Shown here: in pieces, positions 36,251 to 49,520 of the stretch
Numbering within the stretch: position 1 is the stretch's first letter
Layout: each line of letters opens with the position of its first letter
From: Phoronis australis
Lineage: Eukaryota; Animalia; Phoronida
Direction: 5' to 3'
Assembly (NCBI GenBank): GCA_002633005.1
Contig: NMRA01000597.1
Span: forward strand, 53,988-117,987
Length of the DNA: 64,000 nucleotides
Notes under the pieces: generated by a model
The model's database searches: none
Told to the model about the DNA's origin: nothing
The model's input: only the letters and a program-made list of their open reading frames with translations
Program-made: the position numbers and the translations under genes

Positions 36251-38762
36251 ATTACTCTGCGCGTGTAAGCCCAGAGTACTGTTGTTCCTGGGGTTTCTTC
36301 AATTTTATTCTTATTCTTATTACTCCGCGCGTGTAATCGCAGAGTACTGTTGTTCCTGGGTTTTCTTCAATTTTATTCTTCTTATTCTTATTCTTCTTCC
36401 GACCAACTTTTAGACCTAATAACTCCAAATTGGGTGCAGGTACGGTCTTTAAATTCAGCATATGACTTTTGACTATATATATTTTGATTGGTTATATAAT
36501 CATATTCCATATTGCACCGGAAGAGGTCGTTTGGTGCAAAAGTAATAATTTTCAAAATGCTACTCCTCCTTCAGTTTAAAAGCTATCTTTTTCAAATTCG
36601 GTGCACAGGTTTATGTCAACAAGACAATTTAAAAATATTTTTCTAAGTAATCGGGTCATCCAATCAGGTGAAATAAGTCAAAGGTCATTAGGTGCAAACT
36701 AAAATTTTGAGCTAGACACTTCAAATTGACAGGTCTGATTGCCACAGGTAAATGAAATCGGAATCCAAAGTTTCAGGTCATTTAGTGCAAACATGGGGTC
36801 ATTAGGTGCATTTTTCTTCTGAAAATTTGACCTTTTCAATCAGCAAGTATTCTGATGTGTCAACCGTTAGACAACTGTGATTTTCAGCGTTAAACACATT
36901 TTCCATGGGCTTTACAATAATTCTCTTAAAGATGTTTAAAATGCACCGGATCAGGTCAGTTAGCGCAAAGGTCATGTAAAGTTCAAAATGTTATATCTCT
37001 TACGTTTTTCAAGGGATTCTTTTCAATTTCAGTACACTGGTGTAAGTCAACATGCCAATTGAATACCCTACTTTACTTCACAATACGCCTAACCAATCAG
37101 AAAAAAATAGGTAAAAGCTCATTGAGTGGAAACTAAAATTTTGAGCTAGAGACTTCAGAATTATGTATCTGTTTACTAAGTGCGATTGAGTATGAATTCT
37201 AAATTTTCAGGTCATTTGGTGCACCCATGAGGTCATTAGGAGCATTTTTCTTCTGAAAGTTTGACCACTTCATTCATCTTGTATTCTGAAGTGCTTAAAG
37301 TAAAACATCTGTGATTATTAGCATTAACCACACTTTTAATCGAGTTAACAATTACTCCCTCATCGGGGCTCATAATGCACCGGACGAGGTCAATTAGTGG
37401 AAAGGTCATCATAAAATTAATATGTAATTTCTCTTACAATTTTAAAGAATTCCTTTTCATATTGGTAAACGGGTTGCTGTCAGTAACTTCCCATAATAAT
37501 TCCAGTAATACGCACACGCAGAGTCCGTTATTGTCACGCCGTGACAATAATCTTTCTAGTTCTTCTTATTCTTCTTATTCTTATTCTTCTTCCGACCAAC
37601 TTTGAGGCTTAATAACTCCAAATTGGGTGCAGGTATGGTCTTTAAATTCAGCCTATGACTTTTGACAGTATAAAAATTTTGATTTGTTATATAATCATAT
37701 TCCATATTACAAGGGAAGAAGTCGTTTGGTGCAAAGGTCATATAATTTTCAAAATGCTACTTCTCCTTTAGTTTTAAAGCTATCTTTTTCAAATTCGGTG
37801 CACAGGTATAAGTCAACATGACAATTTAAAAAGTCACTTTTCTAAGTAATCAGGTCATCCAATCAGGTGAAATAGGTCAAAGGTCATTAGGTGCAAACTA
37901 AAATTTTGAGCTAGACACTTCAAATTGACAGGTCTGATTGTCAAAGGTAAATCAAATCGGAATCCAAAGTTTCTGGTCATTTCGTGCAAACATGGGGTTA
38001 TTAGGTGCATTTTTCTTCTGAAAAATTGACCTTTTCAATCAGCAAGTATACTAATGTGTCAACCATTAGACAACTGTGATTCTAAGCGTTAAACACATTT
38101 TCCATGGGCTTTGCAATAATTCTCCTAAAGATGCTTAAAATGCACCGGATAAGGTCAATTAGTGCAAAGGTCATGTAACGTTCAAAATGTTATATGTCTT
38201 ACGTTTTTCAAGGAATTCTTTTCAATTTCAGCACACTGCTGTAAGTCAACATGCCAATTGAATACCCTACCTTACTTCGTTCGCAATAGGCCTAACCAAT
38301 CAGAAAAAATTGGTCAAAGGTTATTGAGTGCCAACTAAAATTTTGAGCTAGAGACTTCAAAATTACATATCTCTTTACTAAGTGCGATTAAGTATGAATT
38401 CTAAATTTTCAGGTCATTTGGTTCACCCATTGGGTCATTAAGTGCATTTTTCTTCTGAAAGTTTGACCAATTCATTCATCTTGTATTCTGAAGTGCTTAA
38501 AGTACAACACCTCTGATTTTTAGCATTAACCACCCTTTTAATCGAGTTAACAATTACTCCCTCATCGGGGCTCATAATGCACCGGAAGAGGTCAATTTTG
38601 TGGAAAGGTCATCAAAAAATTAATGTGTAATTTCTCCTACAATTTTAAAGAATTCCTTTTCATATTGGTAAACGAGTTGCTGTCAGTAACTTTCCATAAT
38701 AATTCCAGTAATACGCACGCGCAGAGTCCGGTCTTGTCACGCCGTGACAATAATCTTTCTAG
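36251..38762 (+). mobile_element. Helentron-associated non-autonomous element (HINE/DINE-1-like), head-to-tail dimer in intron 1
   Basis: 5' subTIR ACTCTGCGCGTG (36254) is the exact reverse complement of CACGCGCAGAGT (38716). It has a (TTATTC)n microsatellite, internal subrepeats and a 3' hairpin TTGTCACG-C-CGTGACAA followed by CTAG|TT. Two ~1.2-kb units end at 37559 and 38762. Confidence 0.85.
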
Positions 38763-39031
38763 TTTGTGAGATGTCGTACGTCTTGATAATGAAATTCATC
38801 GAACATCAGTGCGGTACAAAAAGTGTAAACTTCATTATGTACGAGATTTGTTTTAAAAAATTAGGACTTGGGATGTTGCCTGCTGACGAGTGAATAAGTG
38901 ACCGGAATGATCCTGAGTCTCACGAAAATGGAAGCTTGAGAATATTCTAGGATCTACGTTTCAAACATGACAATAATTAATCTTGAATAACGTTGAATTA
39001 CAGTAGTCTATAGTTGTTATATTTTTTGCAG

Positions 39032-39295
39032 AATTCTATTTGCGTGTCTAGTAGCATGCTGCGTGGCATGCTATTACTTTGCCCAGCAGGAAGTGTTGGT
39101 ACCAAGTCTCCTTCCCAAAGACATAGAAGAAAACAAAACGAACAAGGCCTTTCTGTATTATGTTCAGACAGCATCCTGTTTGTTTGAGTACTATCTCCAG
39201 CCAGACTTACTGGGAAATGCCTCTTTGTGTAACTGCAGTGTTTTGGTACTCAGCTACAAGACACAATGCTTACAAAATAATTTCATACATATCAG
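39032..39295 (+). CDS. Coding exon 2 of the putative glycosyltransferase-like gene (TM anchor and stem)
   Basis: TTTTTTGCAG acceptor and AG|GTGAG donor; ILFACLVACCVACYYFAQQ...FLYYVQTASCL...LGNASLCNCSVLVLSYKTQC...IHIR. Confidence 0.85.
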
Positions 39296-41682
39296 GTGAG
39301 TTGGACAAAATCAGGGTAACACGACTCAAAGCTGCATTTAAACGATTTGCACTTGACAAGGATCAGCTGACACGGAACAGCTGATTAGGCGCAAGTTTGT
39401 GTTTTGACTCGAGTGACACGGAGAAAGATGACACCGCGGTGGCTATTTTTGCCACCGATTTGAGCGGCACAACCAGATAAACTTGATTATTTGATCCATT
39501 GTCAATTACACCTCTAAACACAATTAAACTGCTATCATCTGTGCGCAATAACGTATTGTATGGGTGATCCGCTGGCATTTCATTTTGTTTGGACCTTTGT
39601 TCATGCGAGCATGCGCTGGCAGTCTTTTGTGTAAATGATTCGTGCTTATCCAGTTGGCAATCCAATGCTGTACGTGCAGTTGTTTAAAGTGGATTAATTG
39701 AAGCGCCCTGACAATTACTCGCGCCGTGACAAAATTGTTCCTCCTGTAAAAACGGCTTAATGGCAAAGACCAAAGTTCAAGTGGCTTAATTTGACGATAT
39801 CACTGGTTTGGGTCCTTTGTTTACATCCCATCTCAAAACACGTGAAAGAAGGCATCACTTACAGAAAGCACATTCGATGAGGTTTCCCAAAAATGAAGAT
39901 GTTCAACAAAGTTACATCTTTGATCACCGGAAAAAAATGAGATGCCAAATTTGCCTCTTTGTATGTAAAGTAGCAAATCCATGACTGTCCCCGGCCGGTA
40001 CAAGAGAAGAGATGATAAATCAAATACTTTTGCGTTCTAAATTACAGCAATTTAGGTAAAAATAATGTCATAACCAACCACTTTTTTCGTTAAGCCTGTG
40101 TTCATTCTGCCCCTTCTTTCTCCCACTGACATCATTTCTGCCTTTAGGGAGAAGAGACAAAATAAATTTATTACAGTGACCAGTGTTACCAATCCCCGGC
40201 ACTGGGTTTATTACACGAACAGCAATACAATTTGAAATGAAGCTCACCCACGATTAATGGACTTTAAAACACTCAAGTTACTTTGAAATTATCGTTAAAT
40301 AGCGCAGAGCTTTATACATGTAAATCAGTCTACCACAGCAATTTACGCATGCACACCAAAAGAAGAAGACAAAAGCCTTTTGGTTCCTTGGCAAACATGG
40401 TGAAAAGTAGTTGACTTTCCATGTTTAGATGTGACAGGGTCTTGCGTTTCCGAACACATTAGGAACGTCTGTGTCGGATCGGTACGTGGCCGCTGTAGCA
40501 AAAATTTTTCCCCTGAAAATAACTCCTAGAATCTTTTATCAAAGCTGTAAAATGACACGGATCGCTTACTCATTGGGGTCAGATACTTGTAATGGGCATC
40601 ACTCTTCAAAGGTTTCGTTTAACCAACTGAGGCATTGGCAGATAGGGTTAAGGGCCGTGTAGCAAGTGCTCCGGAAGTCACTACTAAGGAGGTGTAAAAA
40701 AGAAAACTGTGGGGTGACGAAAATTGATTGCGACGGAGGACCGCCCTGCGGGGGGCTGGAGTGCAGTTGTTAAAAAATTGGAGACGGCCTGCGAGGGCAG
40801 AATGAACCAAAGGACGGTTACAGGATCCGCCTCCCACCCCCTCTTGATACGGCACTTTGAACAGCTCATTTTGATAATCTGCTATGCCTTCCACTTGTCT
40901 TCCACCCGTCGTCTTCACCATCAGATGCTCCTGTCCCTCCCGTGCCTCAATTCAGAAAATTGACCAATTATCTACTGGTCATGTCTGCAGATGTTTTCAC
41001 ATGCCGTATCAAAGTAGAACAGATACCATGAAAAAGAAAAACAATGTCGAGTTCGATTTCTAGTGAAAAGATTAGTCCTGGTCTTGAATGTAGTACCTTA
41101 GTAAGTTCTGTGTAAAATCATAAGCATTTTTCCGTTAGTTACTTCCGGTTTCCGCGATTACAGCGAGTCGATTGTTTTTGTTATCACTTAGAATAAATCC
41201 TTTTCATCTCTTAACATCTGGACTCCTCTCAGGCCCGTAGCCAGCATTTGGCAGGGCGTGGTTCGAATTTCTGGAACATTGCACCTTTGATATTTTGCAA
41301 AGGTCGACCCGCCAAACTTTTAAATCAGGAGTGCTTCAATTCAGACGGAATTGTTTAGTGTGAGAATGACTTGACAAAATTTTTATCTGAAGTTGTATTT
41401 TTGCATGTTACTTACATCACTGGAAATGGGCACAGCACACTATTGTGAAGGTGCACTACTCCGAAGGTACACTACTCCGTAAATATCTAAATTTTCGAAC
41501 CCAGGTTCAATTTTTGTACCTTTTCATGCAAAAGTAAACGATACTTCGGTTATTAGATGCTCTGAGTGGTGTAACTATACTGAAAACAACGTCTGCTTAC
41601 TATTGCTTTCATGCGCATGCGAAATTGCCTGCATGTCTTACCGTGCGAACACGGAAAACTAAGTACGTTCTTGTATTTTTAA

Positions 41683-42310
41683 AAGGATACCAAATCCAAG
41701 TTTGGCCTATTAGCAAATACTAAAAATGACTTTCCAACCCAGTTCTCTAAAACAAAATAATACTCTGTAACCACTTACAACCCTCAAAAGTTTGCTGAAA
41801 ATTTTGAACACTTCTTTCAAAGTTTGCTAAACGTGCAAGCGTAACCTACGTTTTTTTTTGCGAATTACACGGCAACTGTGTGAAAGGTCCACCCACCAAG
41901 GACCATGCTGTCCAAACTATGACACAGGGTGAATGAATTTTCACGTGATTCCTTCCTTAAAAAGGATTCTAAACCCTATTTTGATGATTTCAACGAATCT
42001 TCGTACTCTCACTTACTGTTGCATCATTGGTGCCAATCTTGAAAGATAAAGAAGGAATCAACTAAGAATTCGTACACAGTATCTCATGAATTGGACATTA
42101 TGGTTCTTGGTGGGTGTATTTTCCCACAGATGCCGCGCAACTCGTTAAAAGCGTAGGTCACGCTTGCATCTTCATCAGAAATTGTAAGGAGTTTTCTGAT
42201 ATTCCTCGAAACTTTAGAGGGTTGTCGAGCAGTTACAGAGCATTATTTCGTTTAAAAGAACTGGATGGGAAAGTCGTTTTTAGTATCTGTTAACCGGATT
42301 TGGTATACTT
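41683..42310. mobile_element. Kolobok-like foldback MITE with long inverted arms
   Basis: TTAA on both sides. The arms at about 41683-41915 and 42090-42310 are diverged reverse complements (AAGGATACCAAATCC / GGATTTGGTATACTT; CACCCACCAAG / CTTGGTGGGTG). Confidence 0.8.
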
Positions 42311-43628
42311 TTAACTTGGAATATTGACACCAGAGATGAATCAGCAGGGGACAGAACAACCATTGGTGGAAATCATCTCAGGGTTTACTATCCTTTTACA
42401 AGAATACGAAGTAGGGATATTGATGAATTATTACCTCACTCTACCGCGTGATGGAACTGGTGCAAACTAAATGTACTTAGAAGGCTACCCTGTCCCTGCC
42501 AGTCTTCACAGAGTCAAAAGGTATGCAATGGTCAAATGGACAAAAACAATATTTCATTCATGTCAGTTCCGACTCATTAGCAGACAGTCAGAGTAATGAA
42601 TTGTCGGAGTAGTGAAACTTAAGAGTAGTGGACTTTGCGAGAAGTGAACCTTCGGAATAGTGACACGTAACCTTGAAATCTTTTGCGTCAAGTTTGTTGC
42701 TCGTATGAAGTCTGCGAAGCTGTGAACCATTGTCACAGATGGACAAGGAAACACTTTCTTCATTGACCAAAGATTCATTAGTTCTAGACCTGCTTTCCTC
42801 TAACACTGTGAGCATGCTCGTTTCCTCAGTGCAAGAACATACGGTAGTAAATGTCTGGTTTTTGTTTGAGCAACGGCAGAAGACTGTCTATAGTGAACTT
42901 ACCGTCGGCGTTTACTGGACTTAAAAGAATGAAAACGCACACACGTGTACACGCGCATGCATTTCAATCCCCCAATCTACCATGAAAGTGGACACTGCAT
43001 GATCAACAATCATTTGACGATCACCTTCAATTAGACATTTGAAATGCCTCCACATTAAAAGAAGCCTGAAATACATGTTTCAGCATTTTAATATGAATTT
43101 TGACAGCATAAAGGTTGGTTACTGGAATCCACATATTCCTAAATAGTGCACAGTATTTTTCTTTTTTACTTTGAAAAGTAAAAATTTTTTAGTTTCGTAA
43201 ATTCCCACTGCAAGTGCTGTTTTTCGTGACGTCACTAAGGCTGTACAGCACAGATATAGGTCATTAGCCGTGCGAGTTAATAGTCCAGTCGTCAGATCAA
43301 CATGTGCATACTCACAACCTTTTTCGATTTTCTTTTTTGTGACTTTGATTCATCCCAGGGCTTAGCCAGCCAGCTAGCAGTATGAAATACAGCTAGGTAA
43401 CAGTAGCACAGTGTGTTGAGCTCCGTTAGTCTCCGAAATTTCACATAGCCCAGATAGTTCGTGCTCGTCACCTCGTCGCGAAACTTATATCAACATGTAA
43501 AGCTCTTAACCGGCAGGGGAGCGCGCAAATATCTGGGTGTCAACCAACACACACCTTGCTCGCTGGAGCCATTTAAGTGAAAAACAATCTAGTAAACGTT
43601 ATTTTATTTCATAATTCTCAGCCTTTTG

Positions 43629-43894
43629 CATGCGCGCACCCAGCCTTCAATATGGGGGCTCGAATTCCTGGCCGGGCGATGTACGTGGACCTTTTACTCA
43701 CAAAATAGTCAGTCGACTAGAAAAACAGTACCACGATCGGAGATGTACGTGCTGTGAATTTGAATTCTACGTTTGTGCCTTTTTAGTAGACTTTTTATCT
43801 CGTTAGTCTCGGACTTTTTGTTTCTCTGAGGCGGATCTTTTTGCCCACTTCGCCACTTATGGGGGGCACCCCGAGCACCCTGGGTGCGCGCATG
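43629..43894. mobile_element. MITE, CATGCGCGCACCCAG family
   Basis: Perfect 15-bp TIR; flanks TTTTG and TTTTC. Confidence 0.9.
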
Positions 43895-45296
43895 TTTTCT
43901 AACAAAGAAAATAGTACGCTCAACGCATGCTATTTCCTAAAATGTTGCGACATCTGTCGGGAAATGACAGCTTCGCAGAAGAAATTTTTTTTATGTAATT
44001 CGGTTTCCTGGTTCTAAAATACTAAAAACTTCTAAAGAAATGAAATCAGGTCTTATTTGTTGTGACATGTACACAACTTCGAAGAACAGTTCGATCGCTT
44101 GGAAGAAGAACAACTCGGGGAACGAAACTGGCCAATAAGGCAACAGGTGACGGCGCCGAAAGCCGACCTTAAAGAGCGCACTGACAGCAGAGTGAACGGC
44201 AGAACGCCAATTTTTTTCAACACCAGTCAATAATTTAGTTTACTCAAGGAAGAGCGTAATTTTAATGACACTAATTTGCGTCAGATTTTATTTGACCAGT
44301 TTTTACCCATGTCATTGCAACGGCCGCTGTATATTTACTATACAGCCTGCACCGGGCCAAGGCAAGACTACGCAGTCGGTCCCTTTCCTGGCCCGTGCCG
44401 AGAATGGCATCGTTCCACTAATAGTCAACACTACACGGCAGTAAACTTGTATTATGAACTTATGAGAGCCAAGATCGCAGACGAATTATTAAGCACAGTT
44501 CTGTAGCCGAGAGGCATTCACCCAATGAGCTATATACATAATAAGCTTGATTTACCCCCACGGTACAGCTTTAGTGACGTCAGATGCGCGTTAGCCAATA
44601 GGATTTAACAATGGAAAAACGCTTTTGTACAAAAATGTGAAAGAGTAACGAAGATGTTATTTCTGATATAAAATTTATTCGTCATTTAAATCATGTTAAA
44701 AATGCATGTTATTGTACTTCAGGAACCTTTTAACCTACTATGCTAGCAAGTACACCAAAATAGCAGATAATCATATTTTCTGCCGTTTTGCTTCTTGCTA
44801 GATTTTAAGACATTCACTCCACACTACTTTTTGAGAGCTAGTTCGCTATTTTAAAGCTTAACTAGTTATAGATATTTCAATGTAGACTCCCTTGTTACCG
44901 TATGATGTATCGTTGACCAGAAGCAAATTCGTTTAACGTAGTTATAATTGAAGTTAGTACTACCAGTAGCTGCAACAATTTAGTTGTTGTTGTCCATCTA
45001 TACCCTATCTCTAACGGATAGCTGGGGCTGGACTTTTTCCGCGGGGGTTCAATTTGCTACGGACCTGCCTCTGATATCCAAAATTAACGAAGCTGGCTGT
45101 GAGTAGAGACAACCCTTCCAATCAATAATCTAATATGCATTAAAAAGCAGCGCCTGCAAAGCATTTAGGCGGTGTACAGTACTATTAACAAAGATAAAAA
45201 TTCCTAAACATATACCACACATAATGAAAAGGTTGTCATGGAGCTCTGCAAAAAAATGTTTTTAATCCTTCAAACAACCTGTACATTCCATTTCAG

Positions 45297-46074
45297 GTAT
45301 ATATTCTCTAACAGAACGACTTGGACTACCGGTCGAAACCTGTTGTACAGAACAGCGAAAACAGTGATGGACGATTACAAACAGTATATCTATCATACCT
45401 TCATGGACGAAGACATACTTTGGAATTGGTCTGTATGGCCCCACTTTGTTGGCAATATCAATCGGTCAAACTTATCTCCAATGCGGGCCTACGAACAATT
45501 TTTATTACGAAATCAACCTGCTCACGGCAATCCATTTTACTCTCCGAGAGGAACGAGTAAAAGCAGCATGAAATACGACATAGAAAAGACTATGAGAAAA
45601 TACGTCTGTGGATCTCAATGCGCACAAACTAATAGAACATTTCCCGATAGCTGTCTTGCTATTGGGCCCGACGCTGCCATCGGCAGTTTTCACAGGCGTA
45701 TCATCGACAAACTCTTGCCGTACGATGATCAATACGAAGCCAAATCTTGGTGGATCTCTCAACAGATTCTGTATGTTCAGTTGTTCGTCAAGTTCCACAA
45801 ACAAAGTTTGACATTCCTTCCAGTAACAGTTTGCAATCCTACCCACTCCAACTACCCTCGTGGGATGATCCCGTACCAAGAAGTTGTAGATGCGGTAAAA
45901 TTATTGTCGCCTCTTTCTAAACGAAACTTGTCCATTTGGTTTGAAGCGCATACCATATTTGACAAGCGCGTATCAGTAGACTATTGTCATCAAATGCTAG
46001 ACCCGAACAAAGAAAGGATACAGAACTCAAACATGGAGATGTATATCATGGATAACTCTGGCGGAAAGCATTAA
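45297..46074 (+). CDS. Coding exon 3 (last) of the putative glycosyltransferase-like gene
   Basis: TTTCAG acceptor in phase with exon 2 (AG|G = Arg). This is the longest open frame in the window: YIFSNRTTWTTGRNLLY...YIYHTFMDEDI (DxD)...DAAIGSFH...LLPYDDQYEAKSWWISQ...NPTHSNYPRG, ending in TAA. Confidence 0.9.
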
Positions 46075-46816
46075 TTCTGCACACGTAGGCTATGCTATAC
46101 ACGCTTTGTATCCGCCTGGGTGCGCTCTGTATGGCTGCGAACATTTTAAATTTATTTTTCTCATGAAACAAGGTGCATTAACAAAAGTACACATTGATCT
46201 CACTCGACATCTAGTCATCCACACAAACGTCAACCATTTCGGAAATCCATTGCCTATCAAAATTGGTCATATCTCCGTAACTGGACTTTCTGTTTTAGGA
46301 TTAAGCGCTGCACTTCCTCTGCTAAATGCTTTATTGACCATGGCTCTTAGAGTTCTTTATAGGTTTTGAGGGACATGAATATGATGTTTGGCTGTATAAT
46401 CGTTGATGATTAATTCCTGTAGTGTTACGTGTTGTATTCTACTAAAAATACTAAAATCTCGGATTGAGCCAGATTTGGGGGCAGTTTTAAGGTAGTTGTT
46501 TCGTGTACGTTCGCAGTTGTTTTATTAAACGTTTGTGTTATTCATATCGTTTATTACAACGATCCACTGTTTATGTTCGTTTACTGATACGCTTCGAGCG
46601 CCTTGTTGCGGGGCTTCTTTGACATTACGTTTGCCCGCCAGTTTGAAGTCACTTTCGTTATCGTGGTTTTTAGGTCGAGGCGTTACTATGGCAGATAGTC
46701 TTTTTGTATCGCAACAAGGCACATATGAATGCTAGTAATGCCTATGTTTCGTTAATTTGTTGGTTTTTCTAGCGGTAGGCTTTTCTTTTGTGCTTTGCAT
46801 TTGTTTGTCTGTATTT

Positions 46817-47042
46817 CATGCGCGCACCCAGGGGGTCACGGGGGGCAAAAAGGTCCTCCTCAGAGAAACAAAAACTCCAGAAAAGTAGAAAATGAGACAA
46901 ATGTCCACTAAAACGTCAGGAAATACCAAAATTCGGCGAATGCTCAATTCATAGCTCTGAACGTTCCCCGTGAATCTTAGTAAAAGGTCAACATTCTCAA
47001 AAATTCGAGTCCACTCATTTTTTTAGGCTGGGTACACGCATG
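46817..47042. mobile_element. MITE, CATGCGCGCACCCAG family, 5-bp TSD
   Basis: TIR CATGCGCGCACCCAG / CTGGGTACACGCATG; TATTT on both flanks. Confidence 0.85.
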
Positions 47043-49334
47043 TATTTTTAAGCTGTATAAAGTTTATACTACTTTACTCTTCTTAACCGTCGGTAAATGC
47101 ATGACATTTCAACACCTATTTCATTTGTAATTGTTTGCAGCCTCGCCTGTAGTCACAATGTTTGCTAGTGTCTTACCTGATATTTATCGTGCTTGGTTCT
47201 CCGAACTTCATGTTAGTATTATGTATTTAGATAAGGCTTTTGTAAATTACTGTTTGTGTAGATTATGGCGTTTCTGTAAACGGTGACTGTAAATGCTTTG
47301 TATAATGTAAGTTTGTTTACAATGTTCGCGTATAGTTTTAGTCACTGGTTTTCTTCGCTGGACCAGTGTTTATTACAAGTATTCAAGGCTATGGCCCAAA
47401 GTACAGTTACATCCATTAAAGTTATTATACTAGAGAGGCATAAACATTTCTTTATATAACGACGATCTCTTACAAAATGAATGATAAATGAAACTAATAC
47501 CACCTTTGTCAGGGTTTTTTCGTTAAACCTAGACACTGGGACTGCTTCAATGCTTTTTCTGCATAAATTTAACCCTTAAATCCTGAAATGCTGAGCATGC
47601 AAGTATAAAGTGATGTTCATCTTCGATGTTATTTCGACGGAATTGAGATATGCGGTCGAAACAGGTAACAGAATTATGCCTGCCGGTTTCTGACAGCTAA
47701 ATCATGATTCGCACAACAAAATCGCGTCAAACCTTGTGTGAATTTTCTAGGTAAATCCGATAACAAGAAAGTTTCAAGCATGTTCTCTAATTTAATTTGT
47801 TACACAGAATTTGTTGAATGCACGACACTTTTCATTGTTCACGGTCTTTATTCCGTTGCGTTCATACTTTCTGAACAAAACTCTACTCTCTACTGAACAT
47901 AGATACAGTAACTGACCTAGCGACATAATTAAAAGACACACGATATTTCGAAACATACTTGTTTCATTCTCAAGTGAAGATAAAATGACGCAGTAATGCC
48001 ACCACAGAGTATAAGCTGACGACACACACAGTGAGACACGGCGGGTGTGAAATACTGCAAAGAATGACTAATTTAATTTGGGGAATGTATCAGCCATGTT
48101 TGGTCGTTAACTGTGCGTTGGTAGAGAATATATTTTGTTGTACAATATTATAGCCATGTTTGTTTGTTAATTGAGCGTTAACAATGGATATGACTTGATG
48201 GATTGGCCACTTTCAGGATTTTGAAAACTCCGGCATAACTGATACGTACAATACTACTGACATCCAGTGCATCAGATACTGTTATATAGGTTTCGGGGAG
48301 GCGTGAATTGGACAACGTTCGGCTCCTTTGGAACACACACTGTATTCAAAAATATCGAAACGAACGTACCCTCTCACCCAGCGCCACCTATACTCAGCAC
48401 TTTGAAAGAGTTACGAACGAACGTTCACCCCATAGAAAGCCGGACATGCGGACTGCCTGCGCGCAGTAAGCGATGACAAACTCTTGTGGTGGTATCTGGC
48501 TCTTACACCCGTCGTACCCGATTGTGAGGAAGGGTCTCAAAAATTATTTGACTTGCTGCGGGACGAAAAAGACGTCAACAGGCCAAACATTGTGGACGAG
48601 GCGGATGAACTTTTAGCTCTTCTCCTCGACTTCTTGGTTTATTACTTTCATCTAATATAATACTAAATATCGAGACAGCTATGTCGTGTAAATGTCGCTG
48701 TAAAAATTGAAGAGCACACTACAGTTATGCGGTGGCGCTGTATGCAATACACAATTAATGTCGAAGGCCGGCAGATCGTTACAGTAGACTCTTGCCAATT
48801 CCTCATTAGTGATGAAGTCTTGAATCAACAAAAGAATTTTCTTCATTGCAGTACATAAGAAAAATATTGGATGTTTTGGGAGAGGCAACGGCCCTAACTT
48901 TGGAGAGAACATGTTACAAGGTTCTTCCAAACAGCACGCCAGCGGTGTTATTTTTTATAAATCAACATGTGTGCATAGTGAGGGTGTTTAACTGGATTTC
49001 CAACGGTCTTTATGGTAAGAAATACTCGCAGACATGATCAGAATACAGGTGACAGATTGCTTTTTACAGGTCTTTTCACAGCGGTGAACATTTCTCTTCG
49101 CCTGCCATAAGTAGACATCGTGATGACAACCACAGCTGGTGATATCTTTCCTTTATTTAAGTATTTGTACAAATGGCCATCGGTCCAAAGTAAAACAAAC
49201 AAGGTCATTGGAGTGCTATGCACATTAGTCAGCATACACAAGCTGTTCCGTTTTTTAGATGCGTAGTATACGTATTTCACCACTGAGTGCCGCTTACACC
49301 ATGTTGTACATACTAGATGAAAATGGTAGACTTA

Positions 49335-49520
49335 TAATTGGACAAGCTCAGTCCGCAATTTATTGTCAGTGTATGGTTTCTATGATGTTTGGGTAAACCA
49401 AGGAGTCGCATGTCAAGAGTCGTTTGTAAATATTTTCTACAAAAAACTTGACATGACAATCATACAAAATGCTGGTCTGAGAATTACATGAATAACATTG
49501 ATTAATACTCTTATGGGATA
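49335..49520 (+). mobile_element. CR1/L2-type LINE C-terminal fragment
   Basis: NWTSSVRNLLSVYGFYDVWVNQGVACQESFVNIF. Confidence 0.6.

Larger units (their letters stand above)
41230..45067. mobile_element. 3.8-kb composite CAGGCCCGTAGC-family element in intron 2, 5-bp TSD
   Basis: TIR CAGGCCCGTAGC / GCTACGGACCTG; CCTCT on both flanks (41225-41229, 45068-45072); contains nested elements. Confidence 0.75.

Noticed and set aside
40440-40963. piggyBac element suggested by AGGGTTAA at about 40644-40651, and ORFs at 40619-40963
   Set aside because: No matching distant TTAACCCT end and no transposase motif found.
45238-45296. ATG at 45238 as the start of a single-exon 278-aa gene
   Set aside because: A good acceptor at 45296 joins in phase to the upstream exons that supply the membrane anchor, so these first 20 codons are most likely intronic.
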